This document shows, one piece after another, positions 30,155-40,138 of a stretch of DNA of 64,000 nt. Source of the stretch: Nitrospinota bacterium (lineage in GTDB: Bacteria > Nitrospinota_A > UBA7883 > JACRGQ01); assembly GCA_016200345.1 (NCBI GenBank), contig JACQEX010000074.1, positions 671 through 64,670 of the forward strand, read 5' to 3'. A program made the position numbers and the translations under genes. The notes below the pieces were generated by a model. The model saw only the letters and a list, made by a program, of their open reading frames with translations. It did no database searches and had not been told where the DNA came from. Positions within the stretch are counted from its first letter, which is position 1, and the number at the start of each line of letters is the position of its first letter.

Positions 30155-31231
30155 ATGGCAACACATAGAACATTAATCGCGGCGTTTGTTTCCGCCATTC
30201 TCATTAGCGCGGGAATTGCCGGCGCCGACTGCGGTTTTCTTGAGGACAGGCCCCAGCCCAAATGGGTCGCCGAAGTCCCCGTACTCGAGGGTTTTTACGT
30301 CGGCGTCGGCTCAGCCGGAAAGGGAAATAGCCAGCAGGAGCAGGAGAACGCCTCCCTTTTAAACGCGCTCTCCTACATCACCAGCCAGGTCTCCGTGAAA
30401 ATAAATTCCAAGTCTTCCGACGTGTCCAGCTCCACATCCAAAGGCTCCAGCGAACAGACGAGCCAGAGCGTGGAATCCAAGGTGGAGTTAAAATCCGAGG
30501 AGCTTTTAAAGGACGTGACCATCATTGAAAAGTGGCTGAACGGCAACTCCTGCCAGCTTTACACATTGGTCAAAGTCCCCAAGGATTCCGTCACCGCAAA
30601 CAAAAATTATAAGAAGATGACCTTCCTTTACGCGCAAAGCCAGAAATCCGGACTTCAGGCCAACGAGTCGCTTGGCTATCTGACCGAGGCGAAGGCCCTG
30701 TTGCCTGAGATTAAGTTCGCGTTCATTCACGAGCAGAACGATCCTAAATACTGGGCGGAACTTATAGACAAGGCGATTGAGAGGTGCCAGGCCGAGGTGG
30801 GCAAAAAGAAAAACGTAATCATGCTGGTCATGAAAAAGAACCCGAAGCCGGAGGAGGCGGTTACCATACCCCTGACCGTCGTTCAAAAGCTTGCGGCGTA
30901 CATCGCCGGGCTAAACCCGGTGTGGACCGACATGTCCAACTCCCCCTGCGTGTCGGTCGAGTCATGCCTGGAAAAAGCCAGAAAAACCGGCGTTGAAGGC
31001 GTATTGGTTTTAATCTGCTCCGGCGGTTCAAAACAGAGCAATCTAGGCTCGTTCAAGGGAACGCTGACGGTCGAGATTTCCCAATACGACCTCAAACTCA
31101 ACACGAAGGCCGGCACCCCGCAGTTATTTTCATCCGCAGTTCCGTCCCCGTTTTCCAAGGAGGAGCTCGACTGGAATTTGGCCGTTGAAAAACTGATAAA
31201 CAGCAAAAAACTGGATTATTTAAAAGACTAA
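30155..31231 (+). CDS. lipoprotein with LPP20-like N-terminal domain
   Basis: Signal peptide with Cys (…GIAGADCG). PKWVAEVPVLEGFYVGVGSAGKGN resembles LPP20/FlgP-type lipoproteins. Confidence 0.55.
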   Translation: MATHRTLIAAFVSAILISAGIAGADCGFLEDRPQPKWVAEVPVLEGFYVGVGSAGKGNSQQEQENASLLNALSYITSQVSVKINSKSSDVSSSTSKGSSEQTSQSVESKVELKSEELLKDVTIIEKWLNGNSCQLYTLVKVPKDSVTANKNYKKMTFLYAQSQKSGLQANESLGYLTEAKALLPEIKFAFIHEQNDPKYWAELIDKAIERCQAEVGKKKNVIMLVMKKNPKPEEAVTIPLTVVQKLAAYIAGLNPVWTDMSNSPCVSVESCLEKARKTGVEGVLVLICSGGSKQSNLGSFKGTLTVEISQYDLKLNTKAGTPQLFSSAVPSPFSKEELDWNLAVEKLINSKKLDYLKD

Positions 31232-31337
31232 TATTTACCGATAACCGCCAACCATTTGACATTTTTACCAAAAGCCCCTATTATGCGTGGTGGATATTGT
31301 GGGGCGATTAAATAATTTTGCTGGATAACTTGGGAGT

Positions 31338-34300
31338 TTGGGGATGAAGAAACTTTTAGCGCTAGCTTTTTTCCTCTGTTTTTTGGCCGGCGTGGTTGCG
31401 TTTGCCGACGAAGAAACCCCGCCCACCCCGCCGCCCGCCCCAGCTGAGGAAAAAAAGGAAGCGCCGGCAGGCAACAATACGGAGGCCCCGCCGCCCCAGA
31501 CAATAGAGAAACCGGCGGCGGAGGCAAAGCCCGCGGTTCCCGAAAAACCCGTCGTCGTTCTTTTGCCAATCACGATGAAGGGGGTCTCGGACATGGAGCT
31601 TTCCGTCTTCCGCGACGCCCTTGCCGAAAGCCTTTCAGCCAAATACCAGGTCAAGTACGGCGAGCAGACCGACAAGATTATCGAGGAGATATTTAAGTCG
31701 CACGCCGCTGATTCGCTGGAGAGCGACGAGAGCGTTTCCTACAAGGACGTGGTAGCCACATTGGACGCGACGCTCATTGGAAAGGCAACAATATTTGAGA
31801 AAGACGGGGACTACCACATAAGCGTGATAGTCTATAACGTAAACGAGAACAAGGCGGAGGTTTCGCGCACCGCTAATTGCGAAAAATGCACGACGGCGGA
31901 ATTGGAGACCAAGCTAAAAGAGACGGCCTCGGGCGTAAAAATCGCCCCTGTCGCTCCCGAGCCGCCACCCGCAAAAGCCGCGAAGACCAACGACACGGAA
32001 CTTACATACTGGGCCAGCATCAAGGAAAGCACCAACCCGGAAGATTTCGAGTCCTATTTGCAGGATTTTCCAAAAGGCTCTTTTACCAACCTTGCAAAAT
32101 CCCGAATAGTGAAGCTGTCGAAATTGAACCCCAAAAAGGTGGTGTCCACCGTTCCGCCGGTAATTGTTCACACCCCGGCCAAGACGGCGATAGACTCCAC
32201 AAGCTTTGTCTTAAAGGCCAAAATTACGAAAGAGACCGGGGTTGTTGCTTCCGCATTTGTGTACTTCAGGCGAGGCATACAGGATTTTATCAAAGAGCCG
32301 CTTGTTGCGGGGGCCGGCGGTCAATACGAGTACAAGGTGCCGCAGGAATTCATGAAAAGAGGCAAGTTTGAATATTATCTAGAAGCCACGGACGAGGCCG
32401 GGAACATGGCGCGGGCCGGAAAAGCGTCCGAGCCGCTTATTACGAGAATTATACAAATACTGCCCTATTCCGAGGGGATGGTCGCCGACCGTAAGCGCGA
32501 CGGCAAGGATTTGACCATCAACGTTGGAACGCTTGCCGGCGTTAAAAAGGGGGATATTCTTTTTGTAATACGGGCTGACGAAAAGGTTATTGACCCTGTT
32601 ACAAAGGAGGTTTTAAGCGTCCGACAGGTTCTTGCGGGAAAAATTAAGGTGGTCTCAGCGTCCGAACGAACCTCCGCCGCGCGCGTGGAGGACGAGATGA
32701 AACACGAGACCATAACGCCGGGAATGATCGTTCGGGCGCGAAACGACATTGTTTTAAATATCTCCGGCTCCACAAGCCAATTGAGGCGCGTTGACCTTTC
32801 GTGGGAACGCTCAAGCGAGCCGGAGGCGGACGGTTACGTGATTTATCGCTCATCCGAACCTGATGCAGGCTACAAAAAAATTGGACAGGTAAAAGAGCCG
32901 GAAATCACAACCTATTCGGACATAGACTCGAAGTCCAACCAATTAAAGGACGCCACCGTTTATTACTATCGCGTCGTGGCGCTAAACGAGGCCGGCGGCG
33001 AGGGGAACGTTGGCGAGTCCGTGGCCGTTACGACAAAAGGCGGGCCGGAGGGGCCGGAGACGATATCGGCGGTATCCGGTGAAATTAGGCAGATATCTTT
33101 TTCGTGGTCGCAGGCGCATGACACCGACGTGGCCGGATATATTTTACAGATGGGCTCCGCCGACAAAGGCGCCTTTACCGATGTTACGACCCTAAAAGGC
33201 GCCGACAACGTGAAATATGTCGCAAAAAAATCCAAGGAAGTGGATTTGGAGGACGGCAAGCAGTACCAATTCCGACTTGTTCCGTTCAACAAGCTTGGAA
33301 CAAAGGGGAAGCCATCGCGAACGGTTGTGGCCTCGACGCACGGCAAGCCGGAAAAGCCGAAGCCGCCCAGAATGGAGAAGGCGTTTGTGCGTAGTTTCAC
33401 CATTGCGTGGGACGCGCACCCCGACAAAGGCGTGGTTGGGTACGCCCTTTATCGCAAGGACCCGATCGCGAAGGAGTTCAAAAAGATTTACGAGGGGAAC
33501 GCGAAAACCCTGTCGTATATCGACAAGGGGAACCACCTACAGGACGGCGTGTCTTACCTGTACGCCGTATCCGCGTCCATCGGAGGCGGAATCGAAAGCC
33601 CCCTTTCCGACGGGGTCGAGACGAAAACATTCGGGGCGCCGGAGACCCCGACCGGACTGACGGCCTCCGAGGGAAAATACCGCGAAATTCTACTCGGATG
33701 GGAGCCGATTAAGAAAGAGGAAATCACGGGTTATGAGATTTACAAAATGGACGGAACCAAGGCCGTTTCGCTGACAAAAATATCCGGCAAGGAAAAGGCC
33801 TCTTACAGCGACAAGTCCAAACTTTTGGACGGCAAAACCTACCAGTACAAAATTGCCAGCTTTAACGTGGCGGACGTCCACAGCGCGCTTTCCGAGGCGG
33901 TTCAAGGCGCCACCAAACCGGTTCCGGCGAAGGTGCAGGGGCTTGTCGGCACCAGCGAGGAGGTTAAGCAAACGAAGCTCGAGTGGACAGCGAATGCGGA
34001 AAAGGACATCAAGACTTACGTTGTTTGGAAAAGCGCGGAAGAGGCCAAAAAGGGCTCCACTGCGGGCGACACAAAAACCGCGTCATTCACGGCGAAAAAT
34101 CTTGACGACGGCGGCGCCTACTATTTCAGGGTCGGGGCGACAGACGCGGACGGGCTGGAGAGCGAACTTTCCGACCCGGTGAAAATTACCACCAAGCCTT
34201 TGCCGGGCGCCCCCGGGTCTCTTACGGCGACTCCGACAGCGACGTCGGTGGCCCTATCATGGAGCGCCTCCCCCGCATCCGACGTGGTCAAGTACAACGT

Positions 34301-34475
34301 CTACAGCCAGGGGATGATTTCCGGAACGTTGGTCGGGAGCACCGATTCCACAACGCATGAAATTACCCAGGATATCAAGCCGGACAGTTCCTACACGTTT
34401 GTGGTCAAGGCCGTGGACTCCACGGGCCTGGAAAGCAAACCATCCCAGCCTGTAAAAGTGAAAACCCCCAAATAA
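31338..34475 (+). CDS. large secreted protein with >=6 fibronectin type III-like repeats
   Basis: Signal peptide. Pro/Ala/Glu-rich linker. Repeated ~90-aa modules (…DGYVIYRS…YYYRV.A.N..G…, GYILQ…, GYALYRK…, GYEIYKM…, YVVWKS…, YNVYSQ…). Confidence 0.7.
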   Translation: MGMKKLLALAFFLCFLAGVVAFADEETPPTPPPAPAEEKKEAPAGNNTEAPPPQTIEKPAAEAKPAVPEKPVVVLLPITMKGVSDMELSVFRDALAESLSAKYQVKYGEQTDKIIEEIFKSHAADSLESDESVSYKDVVATLDATLIGKATIFEKDGDYHISVIVYNVNENKAEVSRTANCEKCTTAELETKLKETASGVKIAPVAPEPPPAKAAKTNDTELTYWASIKESTNPEDFESYLQDFPKGSFTNLAKSRIVKLSKLNPKKVVSTVPPVIVHTPAKTAIDSTSFVLKAKITKETGVVASAFVYFRRGIQDFIKEPLVAGAGGQYEYKVPQEFMKRGKFEYYLEATDEAGNMARAGKASEPLITRIIQILPYSEGMVADRKRDGKDLTINVGTLAGVKKGDILFVIRADEKVIDPVTKEVLSVRQVLAGKIKVVSASERTSAARVEDEMKHETITPGMIVRARNDIVLNISGSTSQLRRVDLSWERSSEPEADGYVIYRSSEPDAGYKKIGQVKEPEITTYSDIDSKSNQLKDATVYYYRVVALNEAGGEGNVGESVAVTTKGGPEGPETISAVSGEIRQISFSWSQAHDTDVAGYILQMGSADKGAFTDVTTLKGADNVKYVAKKSKEVDLEDGKQYQFRLVPFNKLGTKGKPSRTVVASTHGKPEKPKPPRMEKAFVRSFTIAWDAHPDKGVVGYALYRKDPIAKEFKKIYEGNAKTLSYIDKGNHLQDGVSYLYAVSASIGGGIESPLSDGVETKTFGAPETPTGLTASEGKYREILLGWEPIKKEEITGYEIYKMDGTKAVSLTKISGKEKASYSDKSKLLDGKTYQYKIASFNVADVHSALSEAVQGATKPVPAKVQGLVGTSEEVKQTKLEWTANAEKDIKTYVVWKSAEEAKKGSTAGDTKTASFTAKNLDDGGAYYFRVGATDADGLESELSDPVKITTKPLPGAPGSLTATPTATSVALSWSASPASDVVKYNVYSQGMISGTLVGSTDSTTHEITQDIKPDSSYTFVVKAVDSTGLESKPSQPVKVKTPK

Positions 34476-34625
34476 AATTTGTTTGGGGAAAACTCGGGCT
34501 GTTGGCTTGACATTGCGCGCGGGTGGTCATAAAGTCGTCCTAGGGGGAGTGTTTGATTTTTGAATGGTTCGTTTCATTTTTTGGAGGAATAGAAAATTAA
34601 CAGGGGAAGCAGATTCTCTTTTAAA

Positions 34626-35201
34626 ATGTTTTTGGCGCTGGCGGTCGTTCTTTTCTCGTCGTTCAACGGGAGCGTTTTTGCGGACGACAAAAACACCGAG
34701 TCACAGGCCACCATCCAATTGAGGGAGAAGGGATTTCTTGCCTGCGGCTTTGCGGTGGAAAACTTGGCGAAATTCTTTTTTGACGGCGACTTCGATTATC
34801 TGAACACCTGGAACGTAAACGACGCCGCAAACCACACGGCCGTCGTCACCGGGACCAAAAATTACGCCGACGGCAACATCATGGTCACGATTTCCGTGAC
34901 GGAGACGAAAGCCGGAACCTGCGACACCTCGTTTGTGGCTCTCTATCCGTCCTACAAAACCTGCGCGCAGGTTCGCGAGACGACGTTTAAGGATTGGAAA
35001 TTTTATTCCGACGTTCTTTCCGGAGTTCCGGTTTACGAGGATCCGAGCAACAGCGCCGTTGCGGTGGCATTGGAACAGCTTAAAGGCGGCTGTATGGCCA
35101 TAAAGTCCGGGCTGATATTTTTCACCAAGCCCGAGCCGCCGAGGGAGATTAGAAAAGTCCCGGTTGAAATGGAGCCGCCTTCGGATTACGAGGTTCGATA
35201 G
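34626..35201 (+). CDS. hypothetical secreted protein
   Basis: N-terminal signal peptide; no family recognised. Confidence 0.45.
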   Translation: MFLALAVVLFSSFNGSVFADDKNTESQATIQLREKGFLACGFAVENLAKFFFDGDFDYLNTWNVNDAANHTAVVTGTKNYADGNIMVTISVTETKAGTCDTSFVALYPSYKTCAQVRETTFKDWKFYSDVLSGVPVYEDPSNSAVAVALEQLKGGCMAIKSGLIFFTKPEPPREIRKVPVEMEPPSDYEVR

Positions 35202-35225
35202 AATCCAGGCGGGCGATTTATTTTT

Positions 35226-36170
35226 CTATAAAGTGGAGAGATAGCTCCACATCGCCCTCAGTTCCATGTCGTTCATCTGTTTGCCGTACTCGATAAGCCC
35301 GAGCATCGGCTCCCTCGTAATTTTCATTTCGGGGGTCAGCCCTGTGCGCATCGCCTTAATGAAATCTTCCTCCCTCCAAGCGCCCAGCTTTTCCGTGCGA
35401 AGGTTGGACGCGGGGGGCCACGACGGGTCTCCCCCCTCAATCGTCCCGCCTTCCAACCTTTCGCCGTGGCAACCGGCGCAAGAGCTAACGACGAGGTATT
35501 TCCCGAACGCGACGGAAATTACCTCGGGAGGTTTTACCACGGGGACGGCCGACGGACTTATCATCTCCGCCGAAAAAATCATCGGCGCCTTTCCGGCCAC
35601 CGAAAACAATTTCCCGGCCAAGGCGATGCGTATCTCGCCGTTCGGCCTTGCAACGGCCGGGACGCCCCGCAGATAGGCGACGACGGCGGCGACGTCCTCC
35701 AATGCGAGGTTATGATACTCGACGCTCGGCATAAAAATTAACGGCGTGCCGTCTGGGCGAATCCCGTAATAAACGGCCCTTGCAACATCCTCGTCCGACT
35801 TTTTACCAAGCTCGTACGGCGTTATGTTACCCCCGGAAAACGTTCCCAGGGCGGCGCCTTTCATAAAGGTTTTCCCGCCAAGATCCTCGCCGTGACATTC
35901 GGGACAACGATTTCGAATCATGACGATTCTCCGCCCCGTCTCCCTGTCGGCCGTTTTCATTTTTTCCGAAATATTAAGCGGGGGAAACTGGAATTTGTGG
36001 GCCATCTTTTTCTCAACCTGGTCCATCGCCCAAAAAACCGCGACGACGTCAATTAAGAGCAAAATTAGCATGGCCGCGCCGATGGCCTTTAAAACGGTTT
36101 TTACGCCCATGTGCGTATAATGCCAAACTTCCGGACCTAATTCCACCGGCAGGGCAAATAATCTTAACAA
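35226..36170 (-). CDS. membrane-anchored diheme cytochrome c
   Basis: Two CxxCH motifs (CPECH, CAGCH) and an N-terminal TM helix. The likely start is the ATG at about 36110 (MGVKTV…). Confidence 0.75.
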   Translation of the reverse strand: MLRLFALPVELGPEVWHYTHMGVKTVLKAIGAAMLILLLIDVVAVFWAMDQVEKKMAHKFQFPPLNISEKMKTADRETGRRIVMIRNRCPECHGEDLGGKTFMKGAALGTFSGGNITPYELGKKSDEDVARAVYYGIRPDGTPLIFMPSVEYHNLALEDVAAVVAYLRGVPAVARPNGEIRIALAGKLFSVAGKAPMIFSAEMISPSAVPVVKPPEVISVAFGKYLVVSSCAGCHGERLEGGTIEGGDPSWPPASNLRTEKLGAWREEDFIKAMRTGLTPEMKITREPMLGLIEYGKQMNDMELRAMWSYLSTL

Positions 36171-36196
36171 TTCCTTAACGGGCGTTTCTGGTTAGA

Positions 36197-37306
36197 ATGC
36201 CCGCATATCTTAATAACAGACGCGGGGAATACACCGCGTGGATTCAAACCACCGCCACGCTGGGCCTGTTCCTCTCCTTAATCGTGATAATGCTGACGCG
36301 AAACTACACCGGCGCCGATTTCGACACATGGGGATGGCGCGTTCCCTTCCTCGTTTCCATCGTCCTGTTGTTCGTTTCGATGTGGATACGGCTGTCGCTA
36401 AACGAATCACCCGCGTTTCTTAAGATGAAGGCCGAGGGCACACGCTCGAAGGCGCCCATTTCCGAGTCTTTCGGAGAGTGGAAAAACCTAAGATACGTCA
36501 TAATCGCCCTGCTTGGTCTCACCGCCGGACAGGCCGTGGTGTGGTACACGGGCCAGTTTTACGCGCTCTTCTTTTTGACGCAGACGTTAAAAGTCGCCCC
36601 CCAAACCGCGAACTTGTTGATTGCCGGGTCGCTTATCATCGCGACGCCGCTATTCATAGTGTTCGGCAGGTTGTCCGACTCCATCGGTAGAAAGCCGATT
36701 ATCATGGCCGGCTGTCTGATTGCCGCCCTAACGTATTTCCCCATTTTTCAGGGGCTGACGCACTTTGCAAACCCGGCGCTGGAGGAGGCCTCCGAAAAAT
36801 CCCCCATTCACGTGGCGGCGGATCCGGCGGCCTGCAGTTTTATGTTCGACCCGATAGGCAAGGCCAAGTTTCTAAATTCGTGCGACCTTGCAAAAAACGC
36901 CCTTGTAAAATCCGGGTTTTCGTATAAAAACGACGACGCACCGGCTGGTTCCGTAGCCACGGTAAAAATCGGCGACAAGGTCGTTGCGAGTTTCGAGGGC
37001 GCCGGAATGGATAAGGACGCTTTCAAAGCGAAGCAAATGGAATTTACCGACGCGTTGAACGACGCCATAAAGTCCGCCGGCTACCCGACCAAGGCCGACC
37101 CGGAGCGCATCAACCAGCCGATGGTGCTGTTGCTGTTGGTGATTTTGGTCGCGTACGTGACGATGGTGTACGGTCCCATCGCGGCCATGTCGGAAGGCGC
37201 GCCCGGACGTGCGCGCCTTCCTACTATTTCGATTCCGCCAAAACCGCCAGCAGGGCGACAAGCCCCGGCGCCCCTTGAACCAATAATATTTTTCGATTTG
37301 CCGTAA
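36197..37306 (+). pseudogene. MFS (metabolite:H+ symporter-like) transporter remnant, lacking the N-terminal half and the C-terminus
   Basis: Begins inside the mid-protein MHS region (WRVPFLVSIVLLFVSMWIRLSLNESPAF). After …MVYGPIAAM the sequence departs from the family and runs into the convergent DUF1304 gene. There is no room upstream for the missing TM1-4. Confidence 0.6.
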
Positions 37307-37586
37307 TAGCGCCCACGACCCCGGCTACGACAACGCAGGCGAGAAAAAACAGTTTAATCCGCCCGCCGGCAGGCCCGAGAGAGAGGCCCCAAATCAATCC
37401 GGCGCACAGGAACAGATTGTACAACCCTTGGTTTTGGGCGAGGGATTTGGAGGCCTTTGCAAACTCCGGAGAAAGGCGAAAAGTCCTCATTCCGATTGGC
37501 TTGTCCCAAAGGAACGACTCCAAAACGAAAAAGTAAAAATGAAGAAGCGCCACAATCGCAACCGCGAGGTTTGAAAACGTGGTCAT
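37224..37586 (-). CDS. DUF1304-family small membrane protein
   Basis: 120 aa with 4 predicted TM helices (…LLHFYFFVLESFLWDKP…). Confidence 0.55.
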   Translation of the reverse strand: MTTFSNLAVAIVALLHFYFFVLESFLWDKPIGMRTFRLSPEFAKASKSLAQNQGLYNLFLCAGLIWGLSLGPAGGRIKLFFLACVVVAGVVGAITANRKILLVQGAPGLVALLAVLAESK

Positions 37587-37652
37587 TTTATCTTCCTGCC
37601 TCCGGCATGAAATAAAAAGCGGGGGCTTTGCACCGGCCTAGAACTTCCTGCG

Positions 37653-38144
37653 TTACTTGGCGGTTTTTTGTAGCTCGCGCACGTATGCGACCACGTCCCA
37701 CGCCTCGTTGTCGTCCAACTCCGCGCGATATTTGGGCATAATCGAGTCGCTGGCCACGATTTTCAGAAAAATCTCCGCGTCTTTAAGCTCCTTTACCGCG
37801 TGCTCCGCCACCAACGAAAGCGGCGGCACGTCCATCTTGGCCGCTATTTTTGTGTCGGCCTTTCCCGATGCGCCGTGGCACGGAACGCAGTAAATCCCGT
37901 AAAATCGTTCACCCCTCGCGACGGCCGACGCGTCCAAAGGATAGGGAGCCGTCAGCTTCGCCGGATCCGCCCCGGCGTAGTCTATCTTCACTTTGGAGCC
38001 AAGAATCGGCACCGCGCCGACCGGAGCCGGTATCCGCGCAACCTTCTCGACCTTCGCGTAATTTTGGTCGTGCATGCTTTTGTCCACGTTCTCGCAGGAG
38101 ACTAGCAGAAGGGAGGCCGCCAGCATAACAGTCAGCTTGCTCAA
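37653..38144 (-). CDS. actE: alternative complex III subunit ActE (monoheme cytochrome c lipoprotein)
   Basis: Single CVPCH motif; lipobox-like LLVSC; last gene of the act cluster. Confidence 0.75.
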   Translation of the reverse strand: MSKLTVMLAASLLLVSCENVDKSMHDQNYAKVEKVARIPAPVGAVPILGSKVKIDYAGADPAKLTAPYPLDASAVARGERFYGIYCVPCHGASGKADTKIAAKMDVPPLSLVAEHAVKELKDAEIFLKIVASDSIMPKYRAELDDNEAWDVVAYVRELQKTAK

Positions 38145-38659
38145 AAGTCGTCCCTCCCCCGTTTAATCGAGGAAGCCTTGAATTGTTTCATCAATTCCTC
38201 CACCTTCGCGGCCTTCTCCTCGTTTTCACAACGCACCAAAAGCCCGATTTTGCTTTTACTAATTTCCCTGTCGTAGGCAAGCTCGTTCCAATCCGGAAGC
38301 CGCGCCCACCAGAGCATGCTGAAGAACGTGCCCAGAACCGCCCCGGCCAGCGTAAACTCGTAACAGATTACGACCATCGGGGGAACCGACCAGGTGGGCT
38401 TGCCGCCGACGTTTATGTTGATGTGCCATTGCGTCCATCCGGCCAGAACCACCGCGGCAAAAAATCCGACGATGCCGCAGACGAGCGCCACCGCCCACAT
38501 AGGCGAGTGGTCCTCGTCGTGAAACAACGTCCCCTCCGGGTAGGGCGCGACCGAGATGAGCGAAATGTCCTTGTGCAGAACCGACATCTCCTCCAACGGC
38601 CTCACCATCTCGGCGGTGTTCTCTATCTGGGTAAAAAGGCCTAGCACCGTGGTGCTCAT
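38141..38659 (-). CDS. actD: alternative complex III subunit ActD (DUF3341 membrane protein)
   Basis: 172 aa with two TM helices; position between actC and actE. Confidence 0.7.
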   Translation of the reverse strand: MSTTVLGLFTQIENTAEMVRPLEEMSVLHKDISLISVAPYPEGTLFHDEDHSPMWAVALVCGIVGFFAAVVLAGWTQWHININVGGKPTWSVPPMVVICYEFTLAGAVLGTFFSMLWWARLPDWNELAYDREISKSKIGLLVRCENEEKAAKVEELMKQFKASSIKRGRDDF

Positions 38660-40137
38660 AACGGTTCCTCCACGTCGGCATGGACGCGCAAAACCCTGTT
38701 TCCTATCCGCACGTCGCCGCTGATAATTTTACCTTCCCTGATGTCGGCCACCGTGACAATCGGCAATATCTTGGCGAAAATCGCGTACAACAATAAGAAG
38801 TAGGCAATCGCTCCCGCCGCGATGGAGGCCTCGACAAAGGACGGCACGTAATCCGTCCACGTGTACGCGTTGTCCCTGTGGGTCAGCACCGGCACCACGA
38901 TTAGATATCGCTCGATGTACATCCCGACGTTGATAAGGATGGTGATGCAGAAGAGCCAGCCGGGACTCGTGCGAACCTTGTGGAACGAAAGGGCGATGAT
39001 GGCGAAGATCGTGCCGCCGAGCATTATCAACAAAAGGTGCGGGAATCGCTCCCACTGGTAGACCCAAATGCGCCACTCCACCGGGTTGTGGGCGTACCAC
39101 GAGGTTATGAACTCGACGAAATAGAAGTAGGCCCATAAAATCGCCATCACCAACTCGAGTTTGGCAAGGTTATACAGGTGCATTATGCGTATTATTTGGT
39201 CCAGCCCGAAGACCCATCTAAGAATTACCATGAGCGTTATGACGCCGCCAACGCCGGAATAGATCGCGCCGACGACAAAATAAGGGCCGAAGATGGTGGT
39301 GTGCCAGCCGGGGGTTATGCTCATCGCAAAATCCCACGACACGATGGTGTGCACGGAGGGGGCGATAAGCAGAACGAACACCGCCAAAAAGGTGGAGGCC
39401 TTTTCATAAACGTGCCATTGCCTGTGCGTTCCCCTCCAGCCCAGCGAAAGAATCGTAAGGTATTTTTTCCGCCAGTTGTTTCTGGGGCAGAGGTCGCGGG
39501 CAAGGGCTATGTCCGGCAGAAGGCCGGTGTAAAGAAATATCATCGAGGCCGTCAGATAAACGGAAATAGCCATCATGTCCCAGGCCAGCGGGCTTCTGTA
39601 ATTCGGCCAGAGAAACCTTTGGTTCGGAAGCGGGAACATATAGTAAATTCTCCACACGCGCCCGACGTGAATCAACGGGAACATACCGGCGACCATAAGC
39701 GAAAACGCGGTCATGGCCTCCGCGCCGCGTAGAACCGGACGCCTCCAGTTGGCCTTTGTGAGCCTTAAAAGGCTGGATACGATTGTTCCCGAATGGCTGA
39801 CGCCGACCCAGAAAACGAACGTGGCGATGTACATTCCCCAAAATATCGGCGGGCGAAGGTTGGTTACGCCCATGCCGTTGTAAATCTGGTAGCCCCAGCA
39901 GGCGACCGCCCACGCGACCACGGACGAAAGCGCGATGGTGAATATAAAATACGCCTTTGTTGTGAAAAACATCGGGCTGAGCGAATACTGGTTTAGCCAC
40001 GCCTCCGGCATGGACAAATCAACGTCGTTGCTCGGCTCCAGGCTTTTTCTTGCGGCGATTCCCCTCAATTCCTCAAGGCTCGGAATTTCCGCCCTGGAAC
40101 GATTTCTTCTTTCCTTATTGTCCTGCGTGTTTTCCAC
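38656..40137 (-). CDS. actC: alternative complex III subunit ActC (NrfD/PsrC-like quinol-interacting membrane subunit)
   Basis: 493 aa polytopic membrane protein of the NrfD family, downstream of the FeS subunit. Confidence 0.8.
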   Translation of the reverse strand: MENTQDNKERRNRSRAEIPSLEELRGIAARKSLEPSNDVDLSMPEAWLNQYSLSPMFFTTKAYFIFTIALSSVVAWAVACWGYQIYNGMGVTNLRPPIFWGMYIATFVFWVGVSHSGTIVSSLLRLTKANWRRPVLRGAEAMTAFSLMVAGMFPLIHVGRVWRIYYMFPLPNQRFLWPNYRSPLAWDMMAISVYLTASMIFLYTGLLPDIALARDLCPRNNWRKKYLTILSLGWRGTHRQWHVYEKASTFLAVFVLLIAPSVHTIVSWDFAMSITPGWHTTIFGPYFVVGAIYSGVGGVITLMVILRWVFGLDQIIRIMHLYNLAKLELVMAILWAYFYFVEFITSWYAHNPVEWRIWVYQWERFPHLLLIMLGGTIFAIIALSFHKVRTSPGWLFCITILINVGMYIERYLIVVPVLTHRDNAYTWTDYVPSFVEASIAAGAIAYFLLLYAIFAKILPIVTVADIREGKIISGDVRIGNRVLRVHADVEEPL

Positions 40138-40138
40138 T

